From contig JALNZK010000017.1 in assembly GCA_023229365.1 (NCBI GenBank), positions 1,393-65,392 of the forward strand: a stretch of DNA of 64,000 nucleotides. Reading direction: 5' to 3'. Within the stretch, counting starts at the first letter, position 1. Every line of letters begins with the position of its first letter. The stretch comes from Pseudomonadota bacterium (GTDB lineage Bacteria; Myxococcota_A; Polyangia; JAAYKL01). The notes under the pieces were generated by a model that was not told the origin of the DNA, did no database searches, and saw nothing but the letters and a program-made list of their open reading frames with translations. Positions 46,536 through 56,528 of this stretch are shown here, piece by piece. The position numbers and the translations under genes are program-made.

Positions 46536-47759
46536 CTACGCCTTTTTCTTGCCGAAGCGCCGGTCGATCAGGGCGACCATCGGAGAGGCGATGAAGATCG
46601 AGGAGTACGTCCCGATGATGATGCCGATGAACAGGGCGAACATGAAGTCGCGGATCGAGGTCTTCCAGCCCACGACCATCATCGCGACGACCGTGAGGAG
46701 GGTCGTGAACGACGTGATGATCGTGCGGGGCAGCGTCTCGTTGATGGCGGAGTTAATCACCGCGACGAGCGAGCGCTCCCGCGCCTTGGCCATGTTCTCG
46801 CGGATCCTGTCGAACACGACGATGGTGTCGTTGATGGAGTACCCCGCGATGGTCAGGAGCGCCGCGACGGTGGTGAGCGTCACCTCGATCCGCAGCGCCG
46901 TGAAGATGCCGAGCGTGATGATGACGTCGTGGACGAGGGCGATGACCCCGCCCGGACCGAACCGGAAGTCGAACCGCACCGCGACGTAGAGCATGATGAA
47001 CAGCATGGCGTACGCGAGCGACGCCACGGCCGCGGTCCGGAGCTGGCCGCCGGCCTTGGGGCCGACCCACTCGGAGCGCAGCTTCACGGCGCCCTTGCCG
47101 AACGGCTCGGCGCGCAGCCCGTCCATGACGCGCTCCGAGACGCCCTTCAGGTTCGTCTCGTAGATGCGATCCTTCTCGTACGGCCACGTGCAGGTGACGC
47201 TCTCGCACCGCTTGGTGCTCTCCTCTTCCGTCGCCTCCGCCCCGTCGTCGCCCTTGGGCCGCGGCGCGCCCGCCTGCGCCTCCTGCGCCACGGCCACGGT
47301 CAGCCCCGCGGCGGAGATCTCCTTCTCGAGCTCCGCGATCGGGATCTCCTTGGCGACGCGCAGCGAGAGCTTGTCGCCGCCCGGCGACAGCTCGTACTTC
47401 GAGAGCCCGTACCCCGAGAGCGCCTTCTTCATCGCCGCCTCGGCGGACTTGGCCGCCTCGGGCGTGACGGGCGAGATCGCCTCGAGCCGGATCAGGTACT
47501 CGGAGTCGCCGGTCCCGAACGTCACGACCTCGGCGCCGCCGAAGCCCATCCGCGCGAGCGCCTGGCGCACGTCGGACGAGGTGGCCTTCTCCTGGAACGA
47601 GACCTGCACCTCGGTGCCGCCCGAGAAGTCGATGCCCCACTTCGGGCCGACCGTGAAGATGGCGACGAGGCTCACGGCCACGGCGATCAGCGAGACGGTG
47701 CCGAAGAGCCGGGACCGGCCCATGAAGTCGAATTTTGGTGTTTTCTTGAAGAATTCCAT
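46536..47759 (-). CDS. secF: protein translocase subunit SecF
   Basis: SecF-type 6-TM topology with an inserted periplasmic domain. Follows secD with a 4-nt gap. Confidence 0.9.
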   Translation of the reverse strand: MEFFKKTPKFDFMGRSRLFGTVSLIAVAVSLVAIFTVGPKWGIDFSGGTEVQVSFQEKATSSDVRQALARMGFGGAEVVTFGTGDSEYLIRLEAISPVTPEAAKSAEAAMKKALSGYGLSKYELSPGGDKLSLRVAKEIPIAELEKEISAAGLTVAVAQEAQAGAPRPKGDDGAEATEEESTKRCESVTCTWPYEKDRIYETNLKGVSERVMDGLRAEPFGKGAVKLRSEWVGPKAGGQLRTAAVASLAYAMLFIMLYVAVRFDFRFGPGGVIALVHDVIITLGIFTALRIEVTLTTVAALLTIAGYSINDTIVVFDRIRENMAKARERSLVAVINSAINETLPRTIITSFTTLLTVVAMMVVGWKTSIRDFMFALFIGIIIGTYSSIFIASPMVALIDRRFGKKKA

Positions 47760-47763
47760 GGTT

Positions 47764-49575
47764 TCAAACGCTCAGGTGATCCGTGCGGCGACGGGTCATG
47801 AAGTCGAGCACGAGACGGCTCACCACGATGGAGGTGAACACGCTCGTCACGATGCCGATGAGAAGCGTCACCGCGAACCCCTTGATCGGCCCGGTGCCGT
47901 ACTGCAGCAGGACGACGCCGGCGATGAACGTCGTGAGCTGGGCGTCGAAGATCGTCCAGAAGGCGCGCTTGTATCCGGCCTCCACCGCGGCGCGCGGCGA
48001 CTTGCCGGCGCGCAGCTCCTCCCGGATGCGCTCGTAGATGATGACGTTGGCGTCCACGGCCATGCCGAGCGTCAGGATGATCCCGGCGATGCCCGGCAGG
48101 GTGAGCGTGGCGCCCACGGCGCCGAGGATCCCGACGATGAGCGCCGAGTTGATGATGAGCGCGAGGTCCGCGGCGACCCCGGCGCCCCTGTAGTAGAAGA
48201 TCATGAAGAGGACGATAGCCGCCGCCGCGACGATGAACGCGTAGATGCTCATGGAGATCGAGTCGCGGCCGAGCGCAGGGCCGACGGTCGACTCGCTCAC
48301 CGGCCGCACCGGGGCGGGCAGCGCGCCGGCCCGGAGCACGACGACGAGATCCTGCGCCTCCTGCCGGAGCTTGGCGTACGAGTCGTAGGCGCCGAGGGTG
48401 ATGCGGCAGCGGCCGCCCGGGATCTTCTCCTGGATCGTCGGCGCGGACTGCACCTTGTCGTCCAGCTGGATCGCCATGCGGCGCTTCACGTTGTTGCCCG
48501 TCAGCTCCTCGAACGTCGTGGCGCCGGCCTGGTTGAAGTCGAGCGAGACGTACGGCTGGCCGGTCTGGTCGTCGTTGTAGACCTGGGCGTTCTCGACGTA
48601 CTCGCCGGTGATCCCGGCCGCGCGCTCCATGTAGTAGGTGCGCCACGACACGTCGGCGGTCGGGTTGCCCATCTCGTCGAGCGTGCGCAGCTCCTCGAAG
48701 GCGATGACGCGATCCTGCGGGACCTCGACCGTCTTCAGGAACTCCTTGAGGACCTGCCGTCCGCTGCGCCCGGTCTTCTGGTCGTCCTTGGCCTCGAGGT
48801 AGTACGACTTGACGACGCGGTTATCCACCTGGACCTGCTCCCAGAGCAGCTTGACCGGCCCGTCCTTCTGCAGCTTGTCGGAGGCCTCCGTGAAGAACTT
48901 CTCGGAGCCGACCTCGTCGACGATGCGGAACTCGAGGCGGGCCGTCTGGCCGATGATCCGCTTGATGCGGCCCGTCTGCACCTCGTCGACGCCCGGGATC
49001 TCGATGATGATATCCTCGTCCCGCGGCTGGACCGTCGTGTTGACGAGGCCGAGCTCGTCGATCCGGTTGCCGATCGTCTCGACCGCCTGCTTCACCGCGA
49101 GGTCACGGGTGTCCTCGACGTACTGATCGACGAGCGCCATGTGGGCCGTGACGCCCTCCTCCATCTCGACGACGGCGACCTCTCGGAACTTGAGCAGCGT
49201 CTCCTGGGTGTCCTTCGACGCGCGCTCGTCCTCGGACTTGAAGACCAGCTGGAACTTGTGCAGCTCCTCTTTATCGCGAACGATCTTGACGTCCTTGATC
49301 TCGACCTGTTCGGCGAGCGTCTTGACCATGTCGGTCGCCATGCGGTCACGCTTGTCCTCGACCGCGGCGGCCACCTCGACCTCGTAGACGAGGTGCAGGC
49401 CGCCCTGGAGATCGAGCCCGAGCGTGGCGCCCGGGAACGTGCCCCGGAGCCACTCGATCGGATCCTTCGCCTCGGCGCCCGCGGGCTTGCCGACGAACGT
49501 CGTCACCGACGCCAGCACCGCGACCGCGGTCAGCAGCAGGATGCCGACGACCTTCCATACCCATTTGCGTTCCAC
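47764..49575 (-). CDS. secD: protein translocase subunit SecD
   Basis: GTG start MERKWVWKVVGILLL. Large periplasmic domain plus C-terminal TM bundle. Starts 1 nt inside the yajC stop. Confidence 0.9.
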   Translation of the reverse strand: MERKWVWKVVGILLLTAVAVLASVTTFVGKPAGAEAKDPIEWLRGTFPGATLGLDLQGGLHLVYEVEVAAAVEDKRDRMATDMVKTLAEQVEIKDVKIVRDKEELHKFQLVFKSEDERASKDTQETLLKFREVAVVEMEEGVTAHMALVDQYVEDTRDLAVKQAVETIGNRIDELGLVNTTVQPRDEDIIIEIPGVDEVQTGRIKRIIGQTARLEFRIVDEVGSEKFFTEASDKLQKDGPVKLLWEQVQVDNRVVKSYYLEAKDDQKTGRSGRQVLKEFLKTVEVPQDRVIAFEELRTLDEMGNPTADVSWRTYYMERAAGITGEYVENAQVYNDDQTGQPYVSLDFNQAGATTFEELTGNNVKRRMAIQLDDKVQSAPTIQEKIPGGRCRITLGAYDSYAKLRQEAQDLVVVLRAGALPAPVRPVSESTVGPALGRDSISMSIYAFIVAAAAIVLFMIFYYRGAGVAADLALIINSALIVGILGAVGATLTLPGIAGIILTLGMAVDANVIIYERIREELRAGKSPRAAVEAGYKRAFWTIFDAQLTTFIAGVVLLQYGTGPIKGFAVTLLIGIVTSVFTSIVVSRLVLDFMTRRRTDHLSV

Positions 49576-49991
49576 TACTTCTTCTCCGTCTCGGTCGAAT
49601 CGAAGACCCCGGCGACCTGGGACCGCACGACGCGCACCCGGACCTTCTCGGAGATCTCCATGGTCAGGGTCTTCCCGGTGACCGCCGTGACGCGCCCGAT
49701 CAGGCCGCCGTTCGTGACGATCTCGGTGCCCTTGCCGATCGCGTCGATCATCTTCTGGTGCTCCTTGGCCTTCTTCTGCTGCGGGCGGATGAGCAGGAAG
49801 TAGAACACCGCCACCATGAGGACGAGCATGATGATCGTCGACCAGCCGCCGCCGAGGAACCCGCCCTTGGCGTCGGCGGGCGCCCCCTGGGGCACGCCCT
49901 GCGCCTCGGCCGTCGGCTTGGCGTCGGAGGACGCCGCCGCGCCGGACTGCTGGGCCCAAAGGACGGTCGATGCCCAAATCGCGTTTGTCAC
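49575..49991 (-). CDS. yajC: preprotein translocase subunit YajC
   Basis: Single TM IIMLVLMVAVFYFLLIRPQQKK followed by a conserved C-terminal domain. Confidence 0.8.
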   Translation of the reverse strand: MTNAIWASTVLWAQQSGAAASSDAKPTAEAQGVPQGAPADAKGGFLGGGWSTIIMLVLMVAVFYFLLIRPQQKKAKEHQKMIDAIGKGTEIVTNGGLIGRVTAVTGKTLTMEISEKVRVRVVRSQVAGVFDSTETEKK

Positions 49992-50127
49992 TATGATCTC
50001 CTTGAATCCGCCGGCGGCGGGCTTCGGCGCCGGCCACCCCGGTAAAAAGGCCGCCCACTACTACCAAAAGGGTCCCGAGGGGTCAAGACGCTGTTTCGGA
50101 GAGCGGTCTTGAGCGGCGGGCGGTCCG

Positions 50128-51699
50128 CTACGCCGAATACCGACCGATTTCCGACACCCTGCGCGAGAGCGCCCGCGCGAGGCGCGCGCCCTCCTCCGTG
50201 GTCCGCAGCGCCTGGTCCGCCGCGTCGATCAGCTTCTCGACCACGCCGACCTGCCCGGCGACCCGCCGACCGAGCGCCCGGAAATCCTCGGTCACCGCCT
50301 CGCCGGCGCGCGCCACCTCGGCCGAGGACGCGGCGTGCTCCTTCGCCGACCTGTGCACCTGCTCCGCCGAGCGCCCGATCGCGAGGTACATCTCCAACGT
50401 CGCCTCGTCGCGCCCGATCTGGCGCCTCAGCAGCTCGCCGACCTGGTCGAACGCCTCGGCCATCCGCTCGAACGTCGATCCGATCTCCACGCCCCGCTTC
50501 ACCTGGCCCTCGTTGCGCATCACGATCTCGTTGCTCAGGATGGCGGTGGAGTGCACCTGCTCGGGGATGGAGCGGAGCATCACGACGGCGTCCCGCGCGA
50601 TGCCCACGCCGCGATCGACCTCCTCCCGGGAGGCGTGCACGGTCTCGACGGTGTTCGCGAACCCCTCCTTCAGCATCGACAGGATCGCGGAGATCTCGCC
50701 GATCGCGCGCGACGTGGAGCCGGCGAGATCCTTGATCTCGTTCGCGACGACCGCGAAGGCGCGGCCGTGCTCCCCGGCCTCGGTGGCGATGATCGACGCG
50801 TTGATGGAGAGCAGCTTCGTCCGCTCGGCGAGGTTCCGGATGACGCCGATGATCTCGTCGATGCCGCCGATGCGCGACTCGAGGCTCTCCGTCACCACGA
50901 GGATCCGATCGCTCGACGAGAGCGCGGAGTCGGAGCCCCGGACGACCGACTCGATCGCCTCGCCGATGCGCTGCGCCTCGAGCTCGAGGCTGGCCATCGT
51001 GTTGGCGACGTGGCGCGCGTCGGCGCAGGCGTGCTCGGCGCCGTCCTTCATCTCCTCGACCGCGAGGCGGGCGGTCCGGATCCCGGTCGCCAGGGAGTCG
51101 AGGTCGCGGGCGATCACGCGGACCCCCTGATCCCCGTCGCGCGTCGCGAGGCTCGCCTGCTCGACGCTGACGGCCAGCCCGTTGATCAGCTCCGCGGCGC
51201 GGGTCGTCGACCGTTCCATGCGCTGCGTCGCCGCGCCCGCTTCGCGGCTGCGCTGTTCCAGGCGCTCCGCGTCGCCGGCCAGGTCCGCGAGCCCGTCCCG
51301 CAGCGCCGCACCCGCCTCGCAGGTCCGGGTCACCGCCTCGGTCTGCGCCGCGACGCCCGCCTCGAGCTGCACGAACGCGCCGCCGGCCTCGCCGACGAGC
51401 CCGCTCACGCGCTGCGACATCGCCGCGAGCTGCGCGGACAGGGCCTCGCGCTCCTTCGCCGCGACCTCGAGCTGCGCACGGAGGCCTTCCGCGGCCCGTG
51501 CCTGCGCGCGGCGCAGGACGGCGAGGGCGGCCGCCCCCGCGGCGAGCAGGACAATCACAGCGCCGACGGCCAGTCCCGCGACGTCGCCCGGAGCGCCGCC
51601 GACCTCGACGACGCCGAGCGCGACGAGCGCCGCCGCGATCGCCAGGACCGTTCCGGCGCCCGAGCCGAACGCGACGGATATTCTCGTGCTTGCGGACAT
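50128..51699 (-). CDS. methyl-accepting chemotaxis protein (two TM, tiny periplasmic loop)
   Basis: Signalling-domain core ERTKLLSINASIIATEAGEHGRAFAVVANEIKDLA. GAGGAG Shine-Dalgarno. Confidence 0.8.
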   Translation of the reverse strand: MSASTRISVAFGSGAGTVLAIAAALVALGVVEVGGAPGDVAGLAVGAVIVLLAAGAAALAVLRRAQARAAEGLRAQLEVAAKEREALSAQLAAMSQRVSGLVGEAGGAFVQLEAGVAAQTEAVTRTCEAGAALRDGLADLAGDAERLEQRSREAGAATQRMERSTTRAAELINGLAVSVEQASLATRDGDQGVRVIARDLDSLATGIRTARLAVEEMKDGAEHACADARHVANTMASLELEAQRIGEAIESVVRGSDSALSSSDRILVVTESLESRIGGIDEIIGVIRNLAERTKLLSINASIIATEAGEHGRAFAVVANEIKDLAGSTSRAIGEISAILSMLKEGFANTVETVHASREEVDRGVGIARDAVVMLRSIPEQVHSTAILSNEIVMRNEGQVKRGVEIGSTFERMAEAFDQVGELLRRQIGRDEATLEMYLAIGRSAEQVHRSAKEHAASSAEVARAGEAVTEDFRALGRRVAGQVGVVEKLIDAADQALRTTEEGARLARALSRRVSEIGRYSA

Positions 51700-51833
51700 C
51701 CGCGATCTCCTCAGGACGCGATATCTATCAGGCGCCCGGCCCACCGGCAAGCGAGCGTTGACCCACGCGGGACGGCGCGATAAATTCGACGGGCTTCTCC
51801 CAGCTCGGGAGGACGCAAGGAGGGACGGGGGCG

Positions 51834-52169
51834 ATGAGCAACAGACAATGGCCAAGCACGGCCGCGAGCGCCGGCGGGTTCGGCGTGGATCAGGCGCTCG
51901 GGCTGATCCGGCAGGTCCCGCTCGGCGGCCTGAACGACCACATGGTCATCGACGTCATCCGCAAGACGCTGGCGAGCGCGGGGATCGACATCCAGGCGCT
52001 CCTGGACGCCGCGGCGCTGCGCCAGGACGAGGTGACGGGCGAGATCGTCCGCCTGCAGAACGAGATCTCGACGCTGCAACAGCAGATCGAGGAGAAGAAG
52101 TCGCAGGTCCAGTTCTACCAGGAGCAGCAGGAGGAGATCGGATCGCTGCGCGACAGGTTCGGGACCTGA
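51834..52169 (+). CDS. small coiled-coil hypothetical protein
   Basis: AAGGAGGG Shine-Dalgarno. Heptad-like C-terminus. Confidence 0.4.
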   Translation: MSNRQWPSTAASAGGFGVDQALGLIRQVPLGGLNDHMVIDVIRKTLASAGIDIQALLDAAALRQDEVTGEIVRLQNEISTLQQQIEEKKSQVQFYQEQQEEIGSLRDRFGT

Positions 52170-52183
52170 AAGGGGTCGACAAG

Positions 52184-52762
52184 ATGCCCAAAGGAAGACG
52201 CACGCTGTGCACGATGATCTGCTGCGCCGCGCTCTCGGCGTGCGGCGCCGGGCAGTACGGGTTCTCCCAGACCTACGCGCCGCTCGACGACGAGGAGCCG
52301 TTCCACGAGAGCGGGACGGAGCTCGTCTACGAAGAGGTGAACGGCGATCCGGCGGCGTTCGACGGCAAGCTGATCGCGTGGTTCGGCGTCATCGAGAAGG
52401 TGACGCTGACCGACGACGGCCGGTACGAGATCCAGCTCTCGCACCACAAGCACAAGCCGCGCCACCTGTGCGACTCGGACGCCGACGACTCCTGCCGCGT
52501 CACCGTGCACTTCGCGAGCGCCGGCGGGTTCAGCGCGCTCGTGAAGCTCACGCCCGAGGACACGACGCCCGGGCTCGACAAGGTGCAGCCCGGCTCGCTG
52601 CTCCGCGTGTTCGGCAAGCTCCGCTGCCGCCTGAACGACGACGAGCAGAAGGTCTGCGACTACGACGATCGCGGCGGCGTGATCCTCGACGCGGGCTTCT
52701 ACCGGCAGTGGCCCGCGCGGTACTACGTGACGACCCGCGCCGCGGCCTCGATGCGCCGATAG
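52184..52762 (+). CDS. hypothetical lipoprotein
   Basis: AAAGGGG Shine-Dalgarno. Lipobox ALSAC. Confidence 0.45.
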   Translation: MPKGRRTLCTMICCAALSACGAGQYGFSQTYAPLDDEEPFHESGTELVYEEVNGDPAAFDGKLIAWFGVIEKVTLTDDGRYEIQLSHHKHKPRHLCDSDADDSCRVTVHFASAGGFSALVKLTPEDTTPGLDKVQPGSLLRVFGKLRCRLNDDEQKVCDYDDRGGVILDAGFYRQWPARYYVTTRAAASMRR

Positions 52763-52764
52763 CG

Positions 52765-53706
52765 CTACCCCCGGGCGGCTCCGCGCCGGCTCCGCCCGAG
52801 TTGTCGTTCGAGCTCCCGGGCGAGCAGCGCGACCCCGGCCTCGTCGAGGCCGCGCCCCCGGACGGCGGGCAGCTCGAGCAGCTCGAGCCGGGACCCGGAC
52901 GCCAGGCGGGAGATCGCCTCCTCCTGCGCGCGCCGCCTCGCGACCGCCACCGCCGCCGGCGCGAGCCACGGCGCCGCATCCCCTTCGCCGCGGCCGTCCA
53001 CGATCTCCGCGATCCGCTCCGGCAGGGGCGCGCCGTCGACCATGTTCACGACGATCCGCTCCATGGGCAGGCCGCGCCGCTCGAGGCCCCGGATCAGCTC
53101 GAGCGCCTCGCTCACGGGCATCTCCTCCGGCAGCGTCACGGGCACGACCTCGCACCGCCGCGGATCGCCCATCAGCCGCACGCGCTCCAGCGCCTCGTCG
53201 CGGATGCGGCCGGCGGGCACGGACGCGACGATCGCCGCGGGCAGCGACAGGACGTCGAGCCCGTGGCCGGTCGCCGGCGAGTCGAACACGACGAGGTCGT
53301 ACCCGGGGCGGTCGCCCGCGCGGTGGAGCGCGTGGTAGGTCGCCTTGCCGAGCATCGCCCACTCGGCGAGGCCGGGCACCGCGTCGAGGAACGCCCGCAC
53401 GATGCGGCTGCCGAAGACGAGGCGGTGCAGCGTCGGGCTCTTCAGGATCATGAGCCCGTACTCCTCTCGCGCGGACACGGGGTCCAGGTTGATCACGTGG
53501 AGCCCGGCCGTCACCTCGCGCGCCTCGCCCCCTATCGCGAGGCCGCCGAGCACCTCCTGATAGCGCGGGGGCGCGCCGACGAGGCACACGAGCGTCCGCT
53601 TGCCGCGCGCCGCGGCGCACCTCCCGACGAGCAGGGACAGCGTGGTCCTCCCGACGCCGCCCTTCCCGGCGACCACGACGAACCGCTTTTCGAAGAGGTC
53701 GCTCAT
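52765..53706 (-). CDS. ArsA/Get3-family P-loop ATPase, single domain, Walker A GKGGVGRTT (Lys to Arg)
   Basis: Deviant Walker A plus the ArsA-signature DSPATGH. ATGA overlap with the upstream membrane-protein gene. AGG codon verified in the DNA. Confidence 0.7.
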   Translation of the reverse strand: MSDLFEKRFVVVAGKGGVGRTTLSLLVGRCAAARGKRTLVCLVGAPPRYQEVLGGLAIGGEAREVTAGLHVINLDPVSAREEYGLMILKSPTLHRLVFGSRIVRAFLDAVPGLAEWAMLGKATYHALHRAGDRPGYDLVVFDSPATGHGLDVLSLPAAIVASVPAGRIRDEALERVRLMGDPRRCEVVPVTLPEEMPVSEALELIRGLERRGLPMERIVVNMVDGAPLPERIAEIVDGRGEGDAAPWLAPAAVAVARRRAQEEAISRLASGSRLELLELPAVRGRGLDEAGVALLARELERQLGRSRRGAARG

Positions 53707-54323
53707 CGACCCGGCGACGCGGACTTCCACCCCTCGCGCAGCGCCTCGAGGAAGCGCTCTCCGGCCTCCCGCTCCACGCCCGCCACGCGGACGCGCCACG
53801 GCCCGAGGACGAGCTGCACGCGGCTGCGCCCCTTCCCCTCGGGCACGAACAGGTAGAGGACGAGATCCAGGATCACGCCCGCGGCGACCACCGCCGCGCC
53901 GACGAGCGCGAGCTGCGGGAACCCTGCGCGCAGGCCGTCGACGAGCCACTGGATCCCGACCCACGTGCCGATCGCCAGGCAGCCGAAGCCGACGAGCAGG
54001 TGAACGTACCGCCGCCGGTTCTCGAACCGCGCCGCGTCGATCCCGCGGATCGGCGTCACGGTCCGCGTCCTGCGGAACTTCTTGCCGAGCACGGACCACT
54101 CGACGTCGAGCGTCATCGTCCCGCCGTCGATCGCCGCGGTCGCCTCCCGCCGCCACACGAGGAGGTAGCGGCCCACGAGCGCGAGGACGCCCCGGACGAG
54201 CGAGAACCCGGTCAGCACGGCGACGATCCGGAAAGGCGCGAAGCAGAGGCGCCGGGACAGGCCGCCCCGGATCACCGGCCCGGCAGGCTCGGTGCTCGTT
54301 GCGCTCTGGTGATCCTGCGTCAT
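53703..54323 (-). CDS. small 3-TM membrane protein, hypothetical
   Basis: ATG at 54323. Three hydrophobic helices. Translationally coupled to the ArsA-like gene. Confidence 0.45.
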   Translation of the reverse strand: MTQDHQSATSTEPAGPVIRGGLSRRLCFAPFRIVAVLTGFSLVRGVLALVGRYLLVWRREATAAIDGGTMTLDVEWSVLGKKFRRTRTVTPIRGIDAARFENRRRYVHLLVGFGCLAIGTWVGIQWLVDGLRAGFPQLALVGAAVVAAGVILDLVLYLFVPEGKGRSRVQLVLGPWRVRVAGVEREAGERFLEALREGWKSASPGR

Positions 54324-54477
54324 CGCGGCGTATCCTAGCCCATCGCTCGTTCGGGAAACAAGAGATCTTAAATCGATGTTCCACGCGCTCCGTCCATCGT
54401 CTTGATGCGCCGGCGCGCCGAAGCGACTATGATCGGCGGCGACGGCCTCGGGTCGCGAAAACAAGGAGAGGTAATCC

Positions 54478-55104
54478 ATGCGTTCGACTGGCAAGGTGAC
54501 GGCTCTGGTTTCGGCGGCGCTCGGCGCGGCGCTCGCCGCGGCGCTCGGGCTCGGCGCTGCCGCGTGCGGCCCGACGTACGTGCGCGGCGACGAGGTCGCG
54601 GGGCTCGACGACTACGCGATGAGCACCGGGCTCGACAAGAAGGACCTCGAGAAGCTGTTCGACGCGAACATCAAGTCGCTCATGGAGTCCGCCGTGGTGG
54701 CGAAGTGGAAGGCCGAGGCGGCGCCGCCGATGGTGTCGATCTTCCCCATCGCGAACGAGACGAGCGAGCACGTCCGCGATCAGCTCGAGGCGCTGCTCGC
54801 GAAGATGGAGACGCAGCTCATCAACAGCGGGGTCGCGACCGTCGTGGATCACGCCCTCCAGGACCAGCTCATCCAGGAGGTCATCAAGCAGCAGGGCGGC
54901 GTGTTCGACGAGACGAAGTCCGCCGAGGTCGGCAGGCAGCTCGGCGCCAAGTTCTTCCTCACCGGCAAGGTCTACGACTCGGCGGAGCGCTCGGAGGACG
55001 AGCGGCGCGTGCAGTACTTCCTCTTCATGAAGGTCGTCGAGGTGGAGACCGGCGCCGTGCGCTGGCAGAACGAGGCCAACCTGACGAAGGGCCTGGTCGA
55101 CTAG
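54478..55104 (+). CDS. LpoB-like lipoprotein (penicillin-binding-protein activator LpoB family, COG3417-like)
   Basis: AAGGAGAGG Shine-Dalgarno. Lipobox AAACG. C-terminal domain aligns block-wise with E. coli LpoB (GAKFFLTGKVY / YFLFMKVVEVETGAVRWQ). Confidence 0.55.
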   Translation: MRSTGKVTALVSAALGAALAAALGLGAAACGPTYVRGDEVAGLDDYAMSTGLDKKDLEKLFDANIKSLMESAVVAKWKAEAAPPMVSIFPIANETSEHVRDQLEALLAKMETQLINSGVATVVDHALQDQLIQEVIKQQGGVFDETKSAEVGRQLGAKFFLTGKVYDSAERSEDERRVQYFLFMKVVEVETGAVRWQNEANLTKGLVD

Positions 55105-55110
55105 ACCCGG

Positions 55111-56511
55111 ATGACGCGCACCGCGCGATACCGCCCCTTCCCGGCCGTCGCGGCCGCCGCCCTGATCGCCGCGGGGTGCGCCGGGTACGCGGGCGACGTG
55201 CGGGAGATCCGGTCGTCGCTGCTCGCCGGCGATCCCGTCCGCGCCCTCGGCTTCTCGAACGCCGCCCTCGAGGTCGACGAGGAGGATCAGTACCCGACCG
55301 ACGTCGGGGGCGACACGGCGCTCCTCGTGCTCGAGCGGGGCAGCATCAAGCAGGCGCTCGGCCGGAGCGAGTCCGCCGCCCTCGACTTCCGCGTCGCGGA
55401 CAAGAGCCTCGAACTGCTCGACCTCAAGAACGACACCGCGGGCAACATCGGCAAGTGGCTGTTCTCGGACAGCGTGACCGTGTACAAGGCGCCGCCCCAC
55501 GAGAAGCTGCTCCTCAACGCCCTGAACATGCTCAACTACCTCTCCGAGGGCGATCTCGAAAGCGCTCGAGTCGAGGCGCGGCGCTTCAGCATCGCCCGGA
55601 GGTACGTCGAGGACGCCTACTCGCCGGCCGAGGCGAAGCTGGGCTTCGGCGACTATCTCGCCGGGTTCACGTACGAGATGTCGGGCCGCTACGAGGAGGC
55701 GCTCTACCACTACGACCGCGCTCTCGCGGCGGGGTTCGCGGCGCCTATCGAGGAGCGGATCCGGGCGCTCGCGGCGTGCAATCCGTTCCGGACGGAGCGG
55801 ATCGAGGCGCTGCTCGCGGCGGTCGATCCGAACGCCGCGCCTTCGTGCGAGCGGCGGGGGCCGGATCGCGGCACGGTGCTCGTCGTCGCGACGAACGGGC
55901 TCGCGCCCTACAAGCGGGCGGTCCGCATCCCGATCGGCGCGGCTCTCGTGATCGGGGCCCACGTCATGTACGGCCCGTCGCTCGGCGCGTCCAGCGCGAG
56001 CCAGGCGAACGAGCTCGCCGCCAAGGGGCTGCTCACCTGGGTGAACTTCCCCTCCCTGACGCGATCGAAGCCGCGGTTCGTCCGCGCTGTCGCGACGCTC
56101 GACGGGCGCCCCGTCGAGCTCTCGATGGGCGAGGACGTGACGCGCCTCGTCACCGAGAGCTGGGAGGCTATCAAGGGCACGCTGATGGCCGCGGCGATCG
56201 TCCGCATGGTGACGCGCGCCGTGGCCGCCGAGGCGACGCAGCAAGGGGCGAAGGCCGGCGGCGCCGCCGGAGGGCTCGCGCTGCTCGCGGGCCTCGCCGT
56301 GGAGGGGGCGATGTTCGCCGCCGACACGCCGGACACCCGCTCGTGGGTAACCCTGCCCTCGGAGATCTACGTCGCGCGCGCGGAGGTCGCGCGCGGCAGG
56401 CACGAAATCGCGGTCGCCTTCGAGGGCGCCGCGGGTCGCACGGAGACGAGGAAGGTCGTCGACGTGCCGCCGGCCGGCTTCGCGGTCGTGACGGCGGCGT
56501 CGATGCGTTGA
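55111..56511 (+). CDS. hypothetical lipoprotein (COG3014-like?)
   Basis: Lipobox IAAGC. Starts 6 nt after the LpoB-like gene. Confidence 0.45.
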   Translation: MTRTARYRPFPAVAAAALIAAGCAGYAGDVREIRSSLLAGDPVRALGFSNAALEVDEEDQYPTDVGGDTALLVLERGSIKQALGRSESAALDFRVADKSLELLDLKNDTAGNIGKWLFSDSVTVYKAPPHEKLLLNALNMLNYLSEGDLESARVEARRFSIARRYVEDAYSPAEAKLGFGDYLAGFTYEMSGRYEEALYHYDRALAAGFAAPIEERIRALAACNPFRTERIEALLAAVDPNAAPSCERRGPDRGTVLVVATNGLAPYKRAVRIPIGAALVIGAHVMYGPSLGASSASQANELAAKGLLTWVNFPSLTRSKPRFVRAVATLDGRPVELSMGEDVTRLVTESWEAIKGTLMAAAIVRMVTRAVAAEATQQGAKAGGAAGGLALLAGLAVEGAMFAADTPDTRSWVTLPSEIYVARAEVARGRHEIAVAFEGAAGRTETRKVVDVPPAGFAVVTAASMR

Positions 56512-56528
56512 CCCGAGGAGGAAAGATC

